Positions 15,001 to 28,530 are shown, counted from the stretch's first letter. The stretch: DNA of 64,000 nucleotides from Tubulanus polymorphus (GCF_964204645.1 NW_027437441.1:1-64000); one strand, 5' to 3'. A program made the numbers and translations. The notes: generated by a model not told the origin, from the letters alone.

Positions 15001-18000
15001 GCACTTTTCGACGCGAAAACGTCGCTCAGCGCGAGAAAAGACGTTTTCTTTTCGAATATTCCCCCTATCGGAAAAACGACAATGCCGATGCGTAAAAGCG
15101 CTCAAATCGTCAGGAAAAGCACTTTTCGACGCGAAAACGTCGTTCGGCGCGAGAAAAGACGTTTTCGTATCGAATATTCTCACTATCGGTAAAACGACAA
15201 TGTCGATGCGTAAAAGCGCTCAAATCGTCAGGAAAAGCACTTTTCGACGCGAAAACGTCGTTCGGCGCGAGAAAAGACGTTTTCGTATCGAATATTCTCA
15301 CTATCGGTAAAACGACAATGTCGATGCGTAAAAGCGCTCAAATCGTCAGGAAAAGCACTTTTCGACGCGAAAACGTCGTTCGGCGCGAGAAAAGCGTTTT
15401 CGTATCGAATATTCCCCCTATCGGAAAAACGACAATGCCGATGCGTAAAAGCGCTCAAATCGTCAGGAAAAGCACTTTTCGACGCGAAAACGTCGTTCGG
15501 CGCGAGAAAAGACGTTTTCGTATCGAATATTCCCCCTATCGGAAAAACGACAATGCCGATGCGTAAAAGCGCTCAAATCGTCAGGAAAAGCACTTTTCGA
15601 CGCGAAAACGTCGTTCGGCGCGAGAAAAGACGTTTTCGTATCGAATATTCCCCCTATCGGAAAAACGACAATGTCGATGCGTAAAAGCGCTCAAATCGTC
15701 AGGAAAAGCACTTTTCGACGCGAAAACGTAGTTCAGCGCGAGAAAAGACGTTTCTTATCAAATATTCCCCCTATCGGAAAAACGACAATGCCGATGCGTA
15801 AAAGCGCTCAAATCGTCAGGAAAAGCACTTTTCGACGCGAAAACGTCGTTCGGCGCGAGAAAAGACGTTTTCGTATCGAATATTCCCCCTATCGGAAAAA
15901 CGACAATGCCGATGCGTAAAAGCGCTCAAATCGTCAGGAAAAGCACTTTTCGACGCGAAAACGTCGTTCGGCGCGAGAAAAGACGTTTTCGTATCGAATA
16001 TTCTCACTATCGGTAAAACGACAATGTCGAAGCGTAAAAGCGCTCAAATCGTCAGGAAAAGCACTTTTCGACGCGAAAACGTCGTTCAGCGCGAGAAAAG
16101 ACGTTTTCTTTTCGAATATTCCCCCTATCGGAAAACGACAATGCCGATGCGTAAAAGCGCTCAAATCGTCAGGAAAAGCACTTTTCGACGCGAAAACGTC
16201 GCTCAGCGCGAGAAAAGACGTTTTCTTTTCGAATATTCCCCCTATCGGAAAAACGACAATGCCGATGCGTAAAAGCGCTCAAATCGTCAGGAAAAGCACT
16301 TTTCGACGCGAAAACGTCGCTCAGCGCGAGAAAAGACGTTTTCTTTTCGAATATTCCCCCTATCGGAAAAACGACAATGCCGATGCGTAAAAGCGCTCAA
16401 ATCGTCAGGAAAAGCACTTTTCGACGCGAAAACGTCGTTCAGCGCGAGAAAAGACGTTTTCGTATCGAATATTCTCACTATCGGTAAAACGACAATGTCG
16501 ATGCGTAAAAGCGCTCAAATCGTCAGGAAAAGCACTTTTCGACGCGAAAACGTCGCTCAGCGCGAGAAAAGACGTTTTCTTTTCGAATATTCCCCCTATC
16601 GGAAAAACGACAATGTCGATGCGTAAAAGCGCTCAAATCGTCAGGAAAAGCACTTTTCGACGCGAAAACGTCGTTCAGCGCGAGAAAAGACGTTTTCGTA
16701 TCGAATATTCTCACTATCGGTAAAACGACAATGTCGAAGCGTAAAAGCGCTCAAATCGTCAGGAAAAGCACTTTTCGACGCGAAAACGTAGTTCAGCGCG
16801 AGAAAAGACGTTTTCTTTTCGAATATTCCCTCTATCGGAAAAACGACAATGCCGATGCGTAAAAGCGCTCAAATCGTCAGGAAAAGCACTTTTCGACGCG
16901 AAAACGTCGCTCAGCGCGAGAAAAGACGTTTTCTTTTCGAATATTCCCCCTATCGGAAAACGACAATGCCGATGCGTAAAAGCGCTCAAATCGTCAGGAA
17001 AAGCACTTTTCGACGCGAAAACGTAGTTCAGCGCGAGAAAAGACGTTTTCTTTTCGAATATTCCCCCTATCGGAAAAACGACAATGCCGATGCGTAAAAG
17101 CGCTCAAATCGTCAGGAAAAGCACTTTTCGACGCGAAAACGTCGCTCAGCGCGAGAAAAGACGTTTTCTTTTCGAATATTCCCCCTATCGGAAAAACGAC
17201 AATGCCGATGCGTAAAAGCGCTCAAATCGTCAGGAAAAGCACTTTTCGACGCGAAAACGTCGCTCAGCGCGAGAAAAGACGTTTTCTTTTCGAATATTCC
17301 CCCTATCGGAAAAACGACAATGCCGATGCGTAAAAGCGCTCAAATCGTCAGGAAAAGCACTTTTCGACGCGAAAACGTCGTTCAGCGCGAGAAAAGACGT
17401 TTTCGTATCGAATATTCTCACTATCGGTAAAACGACAATGTCGATGCGTAAAAGCGCTCAAATCGTCAGGAAAAGCACTTTTCGACGCGAAAACGTCGTT
17501 CGGCGCGAGAAAAGACGTTTTCGTATCGAATATTCTCACTATCGGTAAAACGACAATGTCGATGCGTAAAAGCGCTCAAATCGTCAGGAAAAGCACTTTT
17601 CGACGCGAAAACGTCGTTCGGCGCGAGAAAAGACGTTTTCGTATCGAATATTCCCCCTATCGGAAAAACGACAATGCCGATGCGTAAAAGCGCTCAAATC
17701 GTCAGGAAAAGCACTTTTCGACGCGAAAACGTCGTTCGGCGCGAGAAAAGACGTTTTCGTATCGAATATTCCCCCTATCGGAAAAACGACAATGCCGATG
17801 CGTAAAAGCGCTCAAATCGTCAGGAAAAGCACTTTTCGACGCGAAAACGTCGTTCGGCGCGAGAAAAGACGTTTTCGTATCGAATATTCCCCCTATCGGA
17901 AAAACGACAATGCCGATGCGTAAAAGCGCTCAAATCGTCAGGAAAAGCACTTTTCGACGCGAAAACGTCGTTCGGCGCGAGAAAAGACGTTTTCGTATCG

Positions 18001-21000
18001 AATATTCCCCCTATCGGAAAAACGACAATGTCGATGCGTAAAAGCGCTCAAATCGTCAGGAAAAGCACTTTTCGACGCGAAAACGTAGTTCAGCGCGAGA
18101 AAAGACGTTTTCTTATCAAATATTCCCCCTATCGGAAAAACGACAATGCCGATGCGTAAAAGCGCTCAAATCGTCAGGAAAAGCACTTTTCGACGCGAAA
18201 ACGTCGTTCGGCGCGAGAAAAGACGTTTTCGTATCGAATATTCCCCCTATCGGAAAAACGACAATGCCGATGCGTAAAAGCGCTCAAATCGTCAGGAAAA
18301 GCACTTTTCGACGCGAAAACGTCGTTCGGCGCGAGAAAAGACGTTTTCGTATCGAATATTCTCACTATCGGTAAAACGACAATGTCGAAGCGTAAAAGCG
18401 CTCAAATCGTCAGGAAAAGCACTTTTCGACGCGAAAACGTAGTTCAGCGCGAGAAAAGACGTTTTCTTTTCGAATATTCCCCCTATCGGAAAAACGACAA
18501 TGTCGATGCGTAAAAGCGCTCAAATCGTCAGGAAAAGCACTTTTCGACGCGAAAACGTCGCTCAGCGCGAGAAAAGACGTTTTCGTATCGAATATTCCCC
18601 CTATCGGAAAAACGACAATGCCGATGCGTAAAAGCGCTCAAATCGTCAGGAAAAGCACTTTTCGACGCGAAAACGTCGCTCAGCGCGAGAAAAGACGTTT
18701 TCTTTTCGAATATTCCCCCTATCGGTAAAACGACAATGTCGATGCGTAAAAGCGCTCAAATCGTCAGGAAAAGCACTTTTCGACGCGAAAACGTCGTTCA
18801 GCGCGAGAAAAGACGTTTTCGAATCGAATATTCCCCCTATCGGAAAAACGACAATGCCGATGCGTAAAAGCGCTCAAATCGTCAGGAAAAGCACTTTTCG
18901 ACGCGAAAACGTTGTTCGCGCGAGAAAAGACGTTTTCGTATCGAATATTCTCCCTATCGGTAAAACGACAATGTCGATGCGTAAAAGCGCTCAAATCGTC
19001 AGGAAAAGCACTTTTCGACGCGAAAACGTCGCTCAGCGCGAGAAAAGACGTTTTCTTTTCGAATATTCCCCCTATCGGAAAAACGACAATGTCGATGCGT
19101 AAAAGCGCTCAAATCGTCAGGAAAAGCACTTTTCGACGCGAAAACGTCGCTCAGCGCGAGAAAAGACGTTTTCTTTTCGAATATTCCCCCTATCGGAAAA
19201 ACGACAATGTCGATGCGTAAAAGCGCTCAAATCGTCAGGAAAAGCACTTTTCGACGCGAAAACGTCGTTCAGCGCGAGAAAAGACGTTTTCGTATCGAAT
19301 ATTCCCCCTATCGGAAAAACGACAATGCCGATGCGTAAAAGCGCTCAAATCGTCAGGAAAAGCACTTTTCGACGCGAAAACGTCGCTCAGCGCGAGAAAA
19401 GACGTTTTCTTTTCGAATATTCCCCCTATCGGAAAAACGACAATGTCGATGCGTAAAAGCGCTCAAATCGTCAGGAAAAGCACTTTTCGACGCGAAAACG
19501 TCGTTCAGCGCGAGAAAAGACGTTTTCGTATCGAATATTCCCCCTATCGGAAAAACGACAATGCCGATGCGTAAAAGCGCTCAAATCGTCAGGAAAAGCA
19601 CTTTTCGACGCGAAAACGTCGTTCAGCGCGAGAAAAGACGTTTTCGTATCGAATATTCCCCCTATCGGAAAAACGACAATGCCGATGCGTAAAAGCGCTC
19701 AAATCGTCAGGAAAAGCACTTTTCGACGCGAAAACGTCGCTCAGCGCGAGAAAAGACGTTTTCTTATCGAATATTCCCCCTATCGGAAAAACGACAATGC
19801 CGATGCGTAAAAGCGCTCAAATCGTCAGGAAAAGCACTTTTCGACGCGAAAACGTCGCTCAGCGCGAGAAAAGACGTTTTCTTTTCGAATATTCCCCCTA
19901 TCGGAAAAACGACAATGCCGATGCGTAAAAGCGCTCAAATCGTCAGGAAAAGCACTTTTCGACGCGAAAACGTCGCTCAGCGCGAGAAAAGACGTTTTCT
20001 TTTCGAATATTCCCCCTATCGGAAAAACGACAATGCCGATGCGTAAAAGCGCTCAAATCGTCAGGAAAAGCACTTTTCGACGCGAAAACGTCGTTCAGCG
20101 CGAGAAAAGACGTTTTCGTATCGAATATTCTCACTATCGGTAAAACGACAATGTCGATGCGTAAAAGCGCTCAAATCGTCAGGAAAAGCACTTTTCGACG
20201 CGAAAACGTCGTTCGGCGCGAGAAAAGACGTTTTCGTATCGAATATTCCCCCTATCGGAAAAACGACAATGCCGATGCGTAAAAGCGCTCAAATCGTCAG
20301 GAAAAGCACTTTTCGACGCGAAAACGTCGCTCAGCGCGAGAAAAGACGTTTTCTTTTCGAATATTCCCCCTATCGGAAAAACGACAATGCCGATGCGTAA
20401 AAGCGCTCAAATCGTCAGGAAAAGCACTTTTCGACGCGAAAACGTCGCTCAGCGCGAGAAAAGACGTTTTCTTTTCGAATATTCCCCCTATCGGAAAAAC
20501 GACAATGCCGATGCGTAAAAGCGCTCAAATCGTCAGGAAAAGCACTTTTCGACGCGAAAACGTCGTTCAGCGCGAGAAAAGACGTTTTCGTATCGAATAT
20601 TCTCACTATCGGTAAAACGACAATGTCGATGCGTAAAAGCGCTCAAATCGTCAGGAAAAGCACTTTTCGACGCGAAAACGTCGCTCAGCGCGAGAAAAGA
20701 CGTTTTCGTATCGAATATTCCCCCTATCGGAAAAACGACAATGCCGATGCGTAAAAGCGCTCAAATCGTCAGGAAAAGCACTTTTCGACGCGAAAACGTC
20801 GCTCAGCGCGAGAAAAGACGTTTTCTTTTCGAATATTCCCCCTATCGGAAAAACGACAATGCCGATGCGTAAAAGCGCTCAAATCGTCAGGAAAAGCACT
20901 TTTCGACGCGAAAACGTCGCTCAGCGCGAGAAAAGACGTTTTCTTTTCGAATATTCCCCCTATCGGAAAAACGACAATGCCGATGCGTAAAAGCGCTCAA

Positions 21001-24000
21001 ATCGTCAGGAAAAGCACTTTTCGACCCGAAAACGTCGTTCAGCGCGAGAAAAGTCGTTTTCGTATCGAATATTCTCACTATCGGTAAAACGACAATGTCG
21101 ATGCGTAAAAGCGCTCAAATCGTCAGGAAAAGCACTATTGGACGCGAAAACGTCGTTCAGCGCGAGAAAAGACGTTTTCGTGTCGAATATTCTCCCTATC
21201 GGTAAAACGACAATGTCGATGCGTAAAAGCGCTCAAATCGTCAGGAAAAGCACTTTTCGACGCGAAAACGTAGTTCAGCGCGAGAAAAGACGTTTTCTTA
21301 TCAAATATTCTCCCTATCGGAAAAACGACAATGTCGATGCGTAAAAGCGCTCAAATCGTCAGGAAAAGCACTTTTCGACGCGAAAACGTCGCTCTGCGCG
21401 AGAAAAGACGTTTTCTTTTCGAATATTCCCCCTATCGGAAAAACGACAATGCCGATGCGTAAAAGCGCTCAAATCGTCAGGAAAAGCACTTTTCGACGCG
21501 AAAACGTCGTTCAGCGCGAGAAAAGACGTTTTCGTGTCGAATATTCTCCCTATCGGTAAAACGACAATGTCGATGCGTAAAAGCGCTCAAATCGTCAGTA
21601 AAAGCACTTTTCGACGCTGCGTAAAAGCGCTCAAATCGTCAGTAAAAGCACTTTTCGACGCGAAAACGTCGCTCAGCGCGAGAAAAGACGTTTTCTTTTC
21701 GAATATTCTCCCTATCGGAAAAACGACAATGCCGATGCGTAAAAGCGCTCAAATCGTCAGGAAAAGCACTTTTCGACGCGAAAACGTCGCTCAGCGCGAG
21801 AAAAGTCGTTTTCTTTTCGAATATTCCCCCTATCGGAAAAACGACAATGTCGATGCGTAAAAGCGCTCAAATCGTCAGGAAAAGCACTTTTCGACGCGAA
21901 AACGTCGTTCAGCGCGAGAAAAGACCTTTTCTTATCGAATATTCCCCCTATCGGAAAAACGACAATGCCGATGCGTAAAAGCGCTCAAATCGTCAGGAAA
22001 AGCACTTTTCGACGCGAAAACGTCGTTCAGCGCGAGAAAAGACGTTTTCGTATCGAATATTCTCCCTATCGGAAAAACGACAATGCCGATGCGTAAAAGC
22101 GCTCAAATCGTCAGGAAAAGCACTTTTCGACGCGAAAACGTCGTTCAGCGCGAGAAAAGACGTTTTCGTATCGAATATTCCCCCTATCGGAAAAACGACA
22201 ATGTCGATGCGTAAAAGCGCTCAAATCGTCAGGAAAAGCACTTTTCGACGCGAAAACGTCGCTCAGCGCGAGAAAAGACGTTTTCTTTTCGAATATCCCC
22301 CCTATCGGAAAAACGACAATGTCGATGCGTAAAAGCGCTCAAATCGTCAGGAAAAGCACTTTTCGACGCGAAAACGTCGTTCAGCGCGAGAAAAGACGTT
22401 TTCGTATCGAATATTCCCCCTATCGGAAAAACGACAATGCCGATGCGTAAAAGCGCTCAAATCGTCAGGAAAAGCACTTTTCGACGCGAAAACGTCGTTC
22501 AGCGCGAGAAAAGACGTTTTCGTATCGAATATTCTCCCTATCGGTAAAACGACAATGTCGATGCGTAAAAGCGCTCAAATCGTCAGGAAAAGCACTTTTC
22601 GACGCGAAAACGTCGCTCAGCGCGAGAAAAGACGTTTTCGTGTCGAATATTCCCCCTATCGGAAAAACGACAATGTCGATGCGTAAAAGCGCTCAAATCG
22701 TCAGGAAAAGCACTTTTCGACGCGAAAACGTCGTTCAGCGCGAGAAAAGACGTTTTCTTTTCGAATATTCCCCCTATCGGAAAAACGACAATGTCGATGC
22801 GTAAAAGCGCTCAAATCGTCAGGAAAAGCACTTTTCGACGCGAAAACGTCGTTCAGCGCGAGAAAAGACGTTTTCGTATCGAATATTCCCCCTATCGGAA
22901 AAACGACAATGCCGATGCGTAAAAGCGCTCAAATCGTCAGGAAAAGCACTTTTCGACGCGAAAACGTCGTTCAGCGCGAGAAAAGACGTTTTCGTATCGA
23001 ATATTCCCCCTATCGGAAAAACGACAATGCCGATGCGTAAAAGCGCTCAAATCGTCAGGAAAAGCACTTTTCGACGCGAAAACGTCGTTCAGCGCGAGAA
23101 AAGACGTTTTCTTATCAAATATTCCCTCTATCGGTAAAACGACAATGTCGATGCGTAAAAGCGCTCAAATCGTCAGGAAAAGCACTTTTCGACGGGAAAA
23201 CGTCGTTCAGCGCGAGAAAAGATGTTTTCGTGTCGAATATTCTCCCTATCGGTAAAACGACAATGTCGATGCGTAAAAGCGCTCAAATCGTCAGGAAAAG
23301 CACTTTTCGACGCGAAAACGTCATTCAGCGCGAGAAAAGACGTTTTCTTATCGAATATTCCCCCTATCGGAAAAACGACAATGCCGATGCGTAAAAGCGC
23401 TCAAATCGTCAGGAAAAGCACTTTTCGACGCGAAAACGTCGTTCAGCGCGAGAAAAGACGTTTTCGTATCGAATATTCCCCTTATCGGAAAAACGACAAT
23501 GCCGATGCGTAAAAGCGCTCAAATCGTCAGGAAAAGCACTTTTCGACCCGAAAACGTCGTTCAGCGCGAGAAAAGACGTTTTCTTATCGTATATTCCCCC
23601 TATCGGAAAAACGACAATGCCGATGCGTAAAAGCGCTCAAATCGTCAGGAAAAGCACTTTTCGACGCGATAACGTCGCTCAGCGCGAGAAAAGACGTTTT
23701 CGTATCGAATATTCCCCCTATCGGAAAAACGACAATGTCGATGCGTAAAAGCGCTCAAATCGTCAGGAAAAGCACTTTTCGACGCGAAAACGTCGTTCAG
23801 CGCGAGAAAAGACGTTTTCTTTTCGAATATTCCCCCTATCGGAAAAACGACAATGCCGATGCGTAAAAGCGCTCAAATCGTCAGGAAAAGCACTTTTCGA
23901 CGCGAAAACGTCGCTCAGCGCGAGAAAAGACGTTTTCGTATCGAATATTCCCCCTATCGGAAAAACGACAATGTCGATGCATAAAAGCGCTCAAATCGTC

Positions 24001-25374
24001 AGGAAAAGCACTTTTCGACCCGAAAACGTCGTTCAGCACGAGAAAAGACGTTTTCTTACCGTATATTCCCCCTATCGGAAAAACGACAATGCCGATGCGT
24101 AAAAGCGCTCAAATCGTCAGGAAAAGCACTTTTCGACGCGAAAACGTCGTTCAGCGCGAGAAAAGACGTTTTCTTTTCGAATATTCCCCCTATCGGAAAA
24201 ACGACAATGCCGATGCGTAAAAGCGCTCAAATCGTCAGGAAAAGCACTTTTCGATGCGAAAATGTCGTTCAGCGCGAGAAAAGACGTTTTCGTATCGAAT
24301 ATTCTCCCTATCGGTAAAACGACAATGTCGATGCGTAAAAGCGCTCAAATCGTCAGGAAAAGCACTTTTCGACGCGAAAACGTCGTTCAGCGCGAGAAAA
24401 GACGTTTTCGTGTCGAATATTCTCCCTATCGGTAAAACGACAATGTCGATGCGTAAAAGCGCTCAAATCGTCAGGAAAAGCACTTTTCGACGCGAAAACG
24501 TCGTTCAGCGCGAGAAAAGACGTTTTCTTATCGAATATTCCCCCTATCGGAAAAAACAACAATGCCGATGCGTAAAAGCGCTCAAATCGTCAGGAAAAGC
24601 ACTTTTCGACGCGAAAACGTCGCTCAGCGCGAGAAAAGACGTTTTCGTATCGAATATTCCCCCTATCGGAAAAACGACAATTTCGATGTGTAAAAGCGCT
24701 CAAATCGTCAGGAAAAGCACTTTTCGGCCCGAAAACGTCGTTCAGCGTGAGAAAAGACGTTTTCTTTTCGAATATTCCCCCTTATCGGAAAAACGACAAT
24801 GCCGATGCGTAAAAGCGCTCAAATCGTCAGGAAAAGCACTTTTCGACGCGAAAACGTCGTTCAGCTCGAGAAAAGACGTTTTCTCATCGAATATTCTCCC
24901 TATCGGTAAAACGACAATGTCGATGCGTAAAAGCGCTCAAATCGTCAGGAAAAGCTCTTTTCGACGCGAAAACGTCGTTCAGCGCGAGAAAAGACGTTTT
25001 CTTATCGAATATTCTCCCTATCGGTAAAACGACAATGTCGATGCGTAAAAGCGCTCAAATCGTCAGGAAAAGCTCTTTTCGACGCGAAAACGTCGTTCAG
25101 CGCGAGAAAAGACGTTTTCGTATCGAATATTCTCCCTATCGGTGAAACAACAATGTCGATGCATAAAAGCGCTCAAATCGTCAGGAAAAGCACTTTTCGA
25201 CCCGAAAACGTCGTTCAGCGCGAGAAAAGACGTTTTCGTATCGAATATTCCCCCCTATCGGTAAAACCACAATGCCGATGCGTAAAAGCGCTCAAATCGT
25301 CAGGAAAAGCACTTTTCGACGCGAAAACGTCGTTCAGCGCGAGAAAAGACGTTTTCGTATCGAATATTCTCCCT
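1..25374 (+). repeat. Tandem satellite DNA array, 118-bp monomer, about 215 copies; continues off the left edge of the window
   Basis: GTCAGGAAAAGCACTTTTCGACGCG... recurs at 1, 119, 237 etc. (period 118). Monomers differ at a handful of diagnostic sites. About 16 CpG per monomer. Confidence 0.99.
21574..21661 (+). repeat. 44-bp sub-monomer tandem duplication that breaks satellite phase
   Basis: TGCGTAAAAGCGCTCAAATCGTCAGTAAAAGCACTTTTCGACGC occurs at 21574-21617 and again at 21618-21661. Confidence 0.9.
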
Positions 25375-25394
25375 CTCCTCCTATCGAATAGTCT

Positions 25395-27605
25395 TTTTAG
25401 CGTCGAAAAGTGCTTTTCCTGACGATTTGAGCGCGTTTACGCATCGACATTGTCGTTTTTTCAGATAGGGGGGATATTTGATACGAAAACGTCTTTTCTC
25501 GCGCTGAACGACGTTTTCGGGTCGAAAAATGCATTTTCTCGTCGATTTGAGCGCTTTCGCGCATCGATATTTTCATTTTTGCAATACGGGGAATATTTGA
25601 TGAGAAAACGTCTTTTTTCGCGCTGAACGACGTTTTCGGGTCGAAAAGTGCTTTTCCTGACGATTTGAGCGCTTTTACGATCGACATTGTCGTTTTTCCG
25701 ATAGGGGGAATATTTGATACGAAAAAGTCTTTTCTCGCGCTGAACGACGTTTTCGGGCCGAAAAGTGCTTTTCCTGACGATTTGAGCGCTTTTACGCATC
25801 GACATCTTCGTTTTTTTTTCCGATAGGGGGGATACTTGATACGAAAAAGTCTTTTCTCGCGCTGAACGACGTTTTCGGCTCGGAAAGTGCTTTTCCTGAC
25901 GATTTGAGCGCTTTTACGCATCGACACTGTCGTTTTTTCCGATAGGGGGAATATTTGATACGAAAACGTCTTTTCTCGCGCTGAACGACGTTTTCGGGTC
26001 GAAAAGTGCTTTTCCTGACGATTTGAGGGCTTTTACGATCGACATTGTCGTTTTTCCGATAGGGGGAATATTTGATACGAAAACGTCTTTTCTCGCGCTG
26101 AACGACGTTTTAGCGTCGAAAAGTCCTTTTCCTGACGATTTGAGCGCTTTTACGCATCGACATTGTTTTTTGTCCGATAGTCTGAATATTTGATACGAAA
26201 ACGTCTTTTCTCGCGCTGAACGACGTTTTCGGGTCGCAAAGTGCTTTTCCTGACGATTTGAGCGCTTTTTCGCATCGACATTGTCGTTTTTCCGATAGGG
26301 GGAATATTTGATACGAAAACGTCTTTTCTTGCGCTGAACGTCGTTTTAGCGTCGAAAAGTGCTTTTCCTGACGATTTGAGCGCGTTTACGCATCGACATT
26401 TTCATTTTTCCGATAGGGGGAATATTTGATACCAAAATGTCTTTTCTCGCGCCGAACGACGTTTTCGGGTCGAAAAGTGCTTTTCTCGTCGATTTGAGCG
26501 CTTTTACGCATCGACATTGTCGTTTTTCCGATAGGGGGAATATTTGATACGAAAACGTCTTTTTTCGCGCTGAACGACATTTTAGCGTCGAAAAGTGCAT
26601 TTCCTGACGATTTGAGCGCGTTCACGAATCGAAATTTTCGTCTTTCCGATAGGGGGAATATTTGATACGAAAAAGTCTTTTCTCGCGCTGAACGACGTTT
26701 TCGGGTCGAAAAGTGCTTTTCCTGACGATTTGAGCGCTTTTACGCATCGACATTGTCGTTTTTTCCGATGGGGGGGGGGATATTTGATACGAAAACGTCT
26801 TTTCTCGCGCTGAACGACGTTTTCGGGTCGAAAAGTGCTTTTTCTCGTCGATTTGAGCGCTTTTACGCATCGACATTGTCGTTTTTTCCGATGGGGGGGG
26901 ATATTTGATACGAAAACGTCTTTTCTCGCGCTGAACGACGTTTTCGGGTCGAAAAGTGCTTTTTCTCGTCGATTTGAGCGCTTTCGCGCATCGATATTTT
27001 CATTTTTGCGATACGGGGAATATTTGATGAGAAAACGTCTTTTTTCGCGCTGAACGACGTTTTCGGGTCGAAAAGTGCTTTTCCTGACGATTTGAGCGCT
27101 TTTACGCATCGACATCTTCATTTTACCGATACGGGGAATATTTGATGAGAAAACGTCTTTTCTCGCGCTGAACGACGTTTTAGCGTCGAAAAGTGCTTTT
27201 CCTGACGATTTGAGCGCGTTTACGCATCAACATTTTCGTTTTTCCGATAGGGGGAATATTTGATACGAAAACGTCTTTTCTCGCGCTGAACGACGTTTGA
27301 GCGTCGAAAAGTGCTTTTCCTGACGATTTGAGCGCGTTTACGCATCGACATTTTCATTTTTCCGATAGGGGGAATATTTGATACGAAAACGTCTTTTCTC
27401 GCGCTGAACGACGTTTTCGGGCCGAAAAGTGCTTTTCTCGTCGATTTGAGCGCTTTTACGCATCGACATTGTTGTTTTTCCGATAGTGGGAATATTTGAT
27501 GAGAAAACGTCTTTTCTCGCGCCCAACGACGTTTTCGGGTCGACAAGTGCTTTTCTCCTCGATTTGAGCGCTTTTACGGATCGACATTGTTGTTTTTCCG
27601 ATAGG
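25395..27605 (-). repeat. Inverted, more diverged block of the same 118-bp satellite (about 19 monomers)
   Basis: Reverse-complement monomers (GTCGAAAAGTGCTTTTCCTGACGATTTGAGCGC...) with their own variant set and more indels. Confidence 0.97.
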
Positions 27606-27780
27606 TAAAAAGTTTTTTCTTTCAATCTCGGAATTCTAACATATAAAGTTTCATTCGGATTGATATTAGAAGGATTATGAGTAATAATGTGATGACAACA
27701 ATCTGCATTAATCGCATTAGATATTCTCAAATTTTTTGAAGGATCTGATTTTGAATTAAATTGTCCAGATAAGTCATTTC
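27606..27780 (-). pseudogene. N-terminal fragment of Polinton major capsid protein, truncated by satellite
   Basis: PSKNLRISNAINADCCHHIITHNPSNINPNETLYVRIPRLKEKTFY aligns to copy A PSKNSRISNAIKAERSHHIITHNPSNINPDETLYVRIPRLNQNTFY, then runs into satellite. Confidence 0.85.
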
Positions 27781-27872
27781 GGATTCTTGATATTTGATAT
27801 AAAAAGGAAAAAAAATATATAATCTTATTATTTTCATTATTTTTTAAATTTTTTTTTATTAAAAAAAAATGT

Positions 27873-28201
27873 TTATTCAACAATTTCTAAATCATGATGG
27901 CCATCTTCATTTTTCCCGTGATAAATTATTCTATATCCTTCTAAATCTTTTAATTCGTCTGTATTTAATGTAATCCATTCATCGAGTAAAAATACTTTAT
28001 TAAAGTATCGTGTTGTACTAACATTACAATAACTCACATTTGCTGATATTTCTTCACCATATTTTGTTTTCATTTTTTTCTAATTTTAATATTTTATGTT
28101 CGATTTCTTGTGAAACATCGACTAATTTTTTATTTCATATTGTTTTTTGATGGTTCTATTCGGTTATTTATTGATACCAAGAATGCTTTCATGTCTTCCA
28201 T
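27873..28201 (-). pseudogene. Small Polinton protein, distant homologue of the gene downstream of polB in A and B
   Basis: TKYGE...IIYHGKNEDGHHDLEIVE versus NKYGD...FIYKGKNEKGHHDIDFE (43355-43590). Start in TAAATG context at 28201; disrupted 5' part. Confidence 0.7.
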
Positions 28202-28394
28202 TTATATAGAAAAAAATTAATGAGTGATGATGAGTGATTTATCGACCTCTCGATCACTGGTATGAAAACGCCATATTGTAATCACTTTCGTTCATAGTTC
28301 TACAGTACGGTAGTGCTTACAAAGTATCTCACATAAAGTTTACACCCACCAACTGCCGACCACTTAGCTGCGAGAGGTGCAGGATGCGCCACTG

Positions 28395-28530
28395 TTCTCC
28401 ACCACTTGTAATGGGACAGTTCTCCACCACTTGTAATGGTACTACAATCTCCACCAGTTGTTGTGGTACGAAGATCTTCACCAGTTGTTATGGGACTTAA
28501 CGATCTCTGTACCACTTGTTGTGTCACCTC
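28395..28530. repeat. Degenerate minisatellite, about five units of 25-29 bp
   Basis: Recurrent TCTCCACCACTTGTAATGG / TCTCCACCAGTTGTTGTGG / TCTTCACCAGTTGTTATGG cores. Confidence 0.75.

Larger units (their letters stand above)
27606..28220 (-). mobile_element. Polinton/Maverick fragment (copy C) abutting the satellite
   Basis: Abrupt switch to very AT-rich DNA; encodes homologues of two genes found in copies A and B of this window. Confidence 0.85.

Noticed and set aside
1-25374. CRISPR-like array (regular repeats with dyad symmetry)
   Set aside because: There are no unique spacers (the whole monomer repeats), no cas genes, and the context is eukaryotic.
2-27546. Dozens of 63-257 aa ORFs in the satellite
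   Set aside because: They are translations of a 118-bp non-triplet repeat; frames open and close with single-base variants and show no protein-like features.
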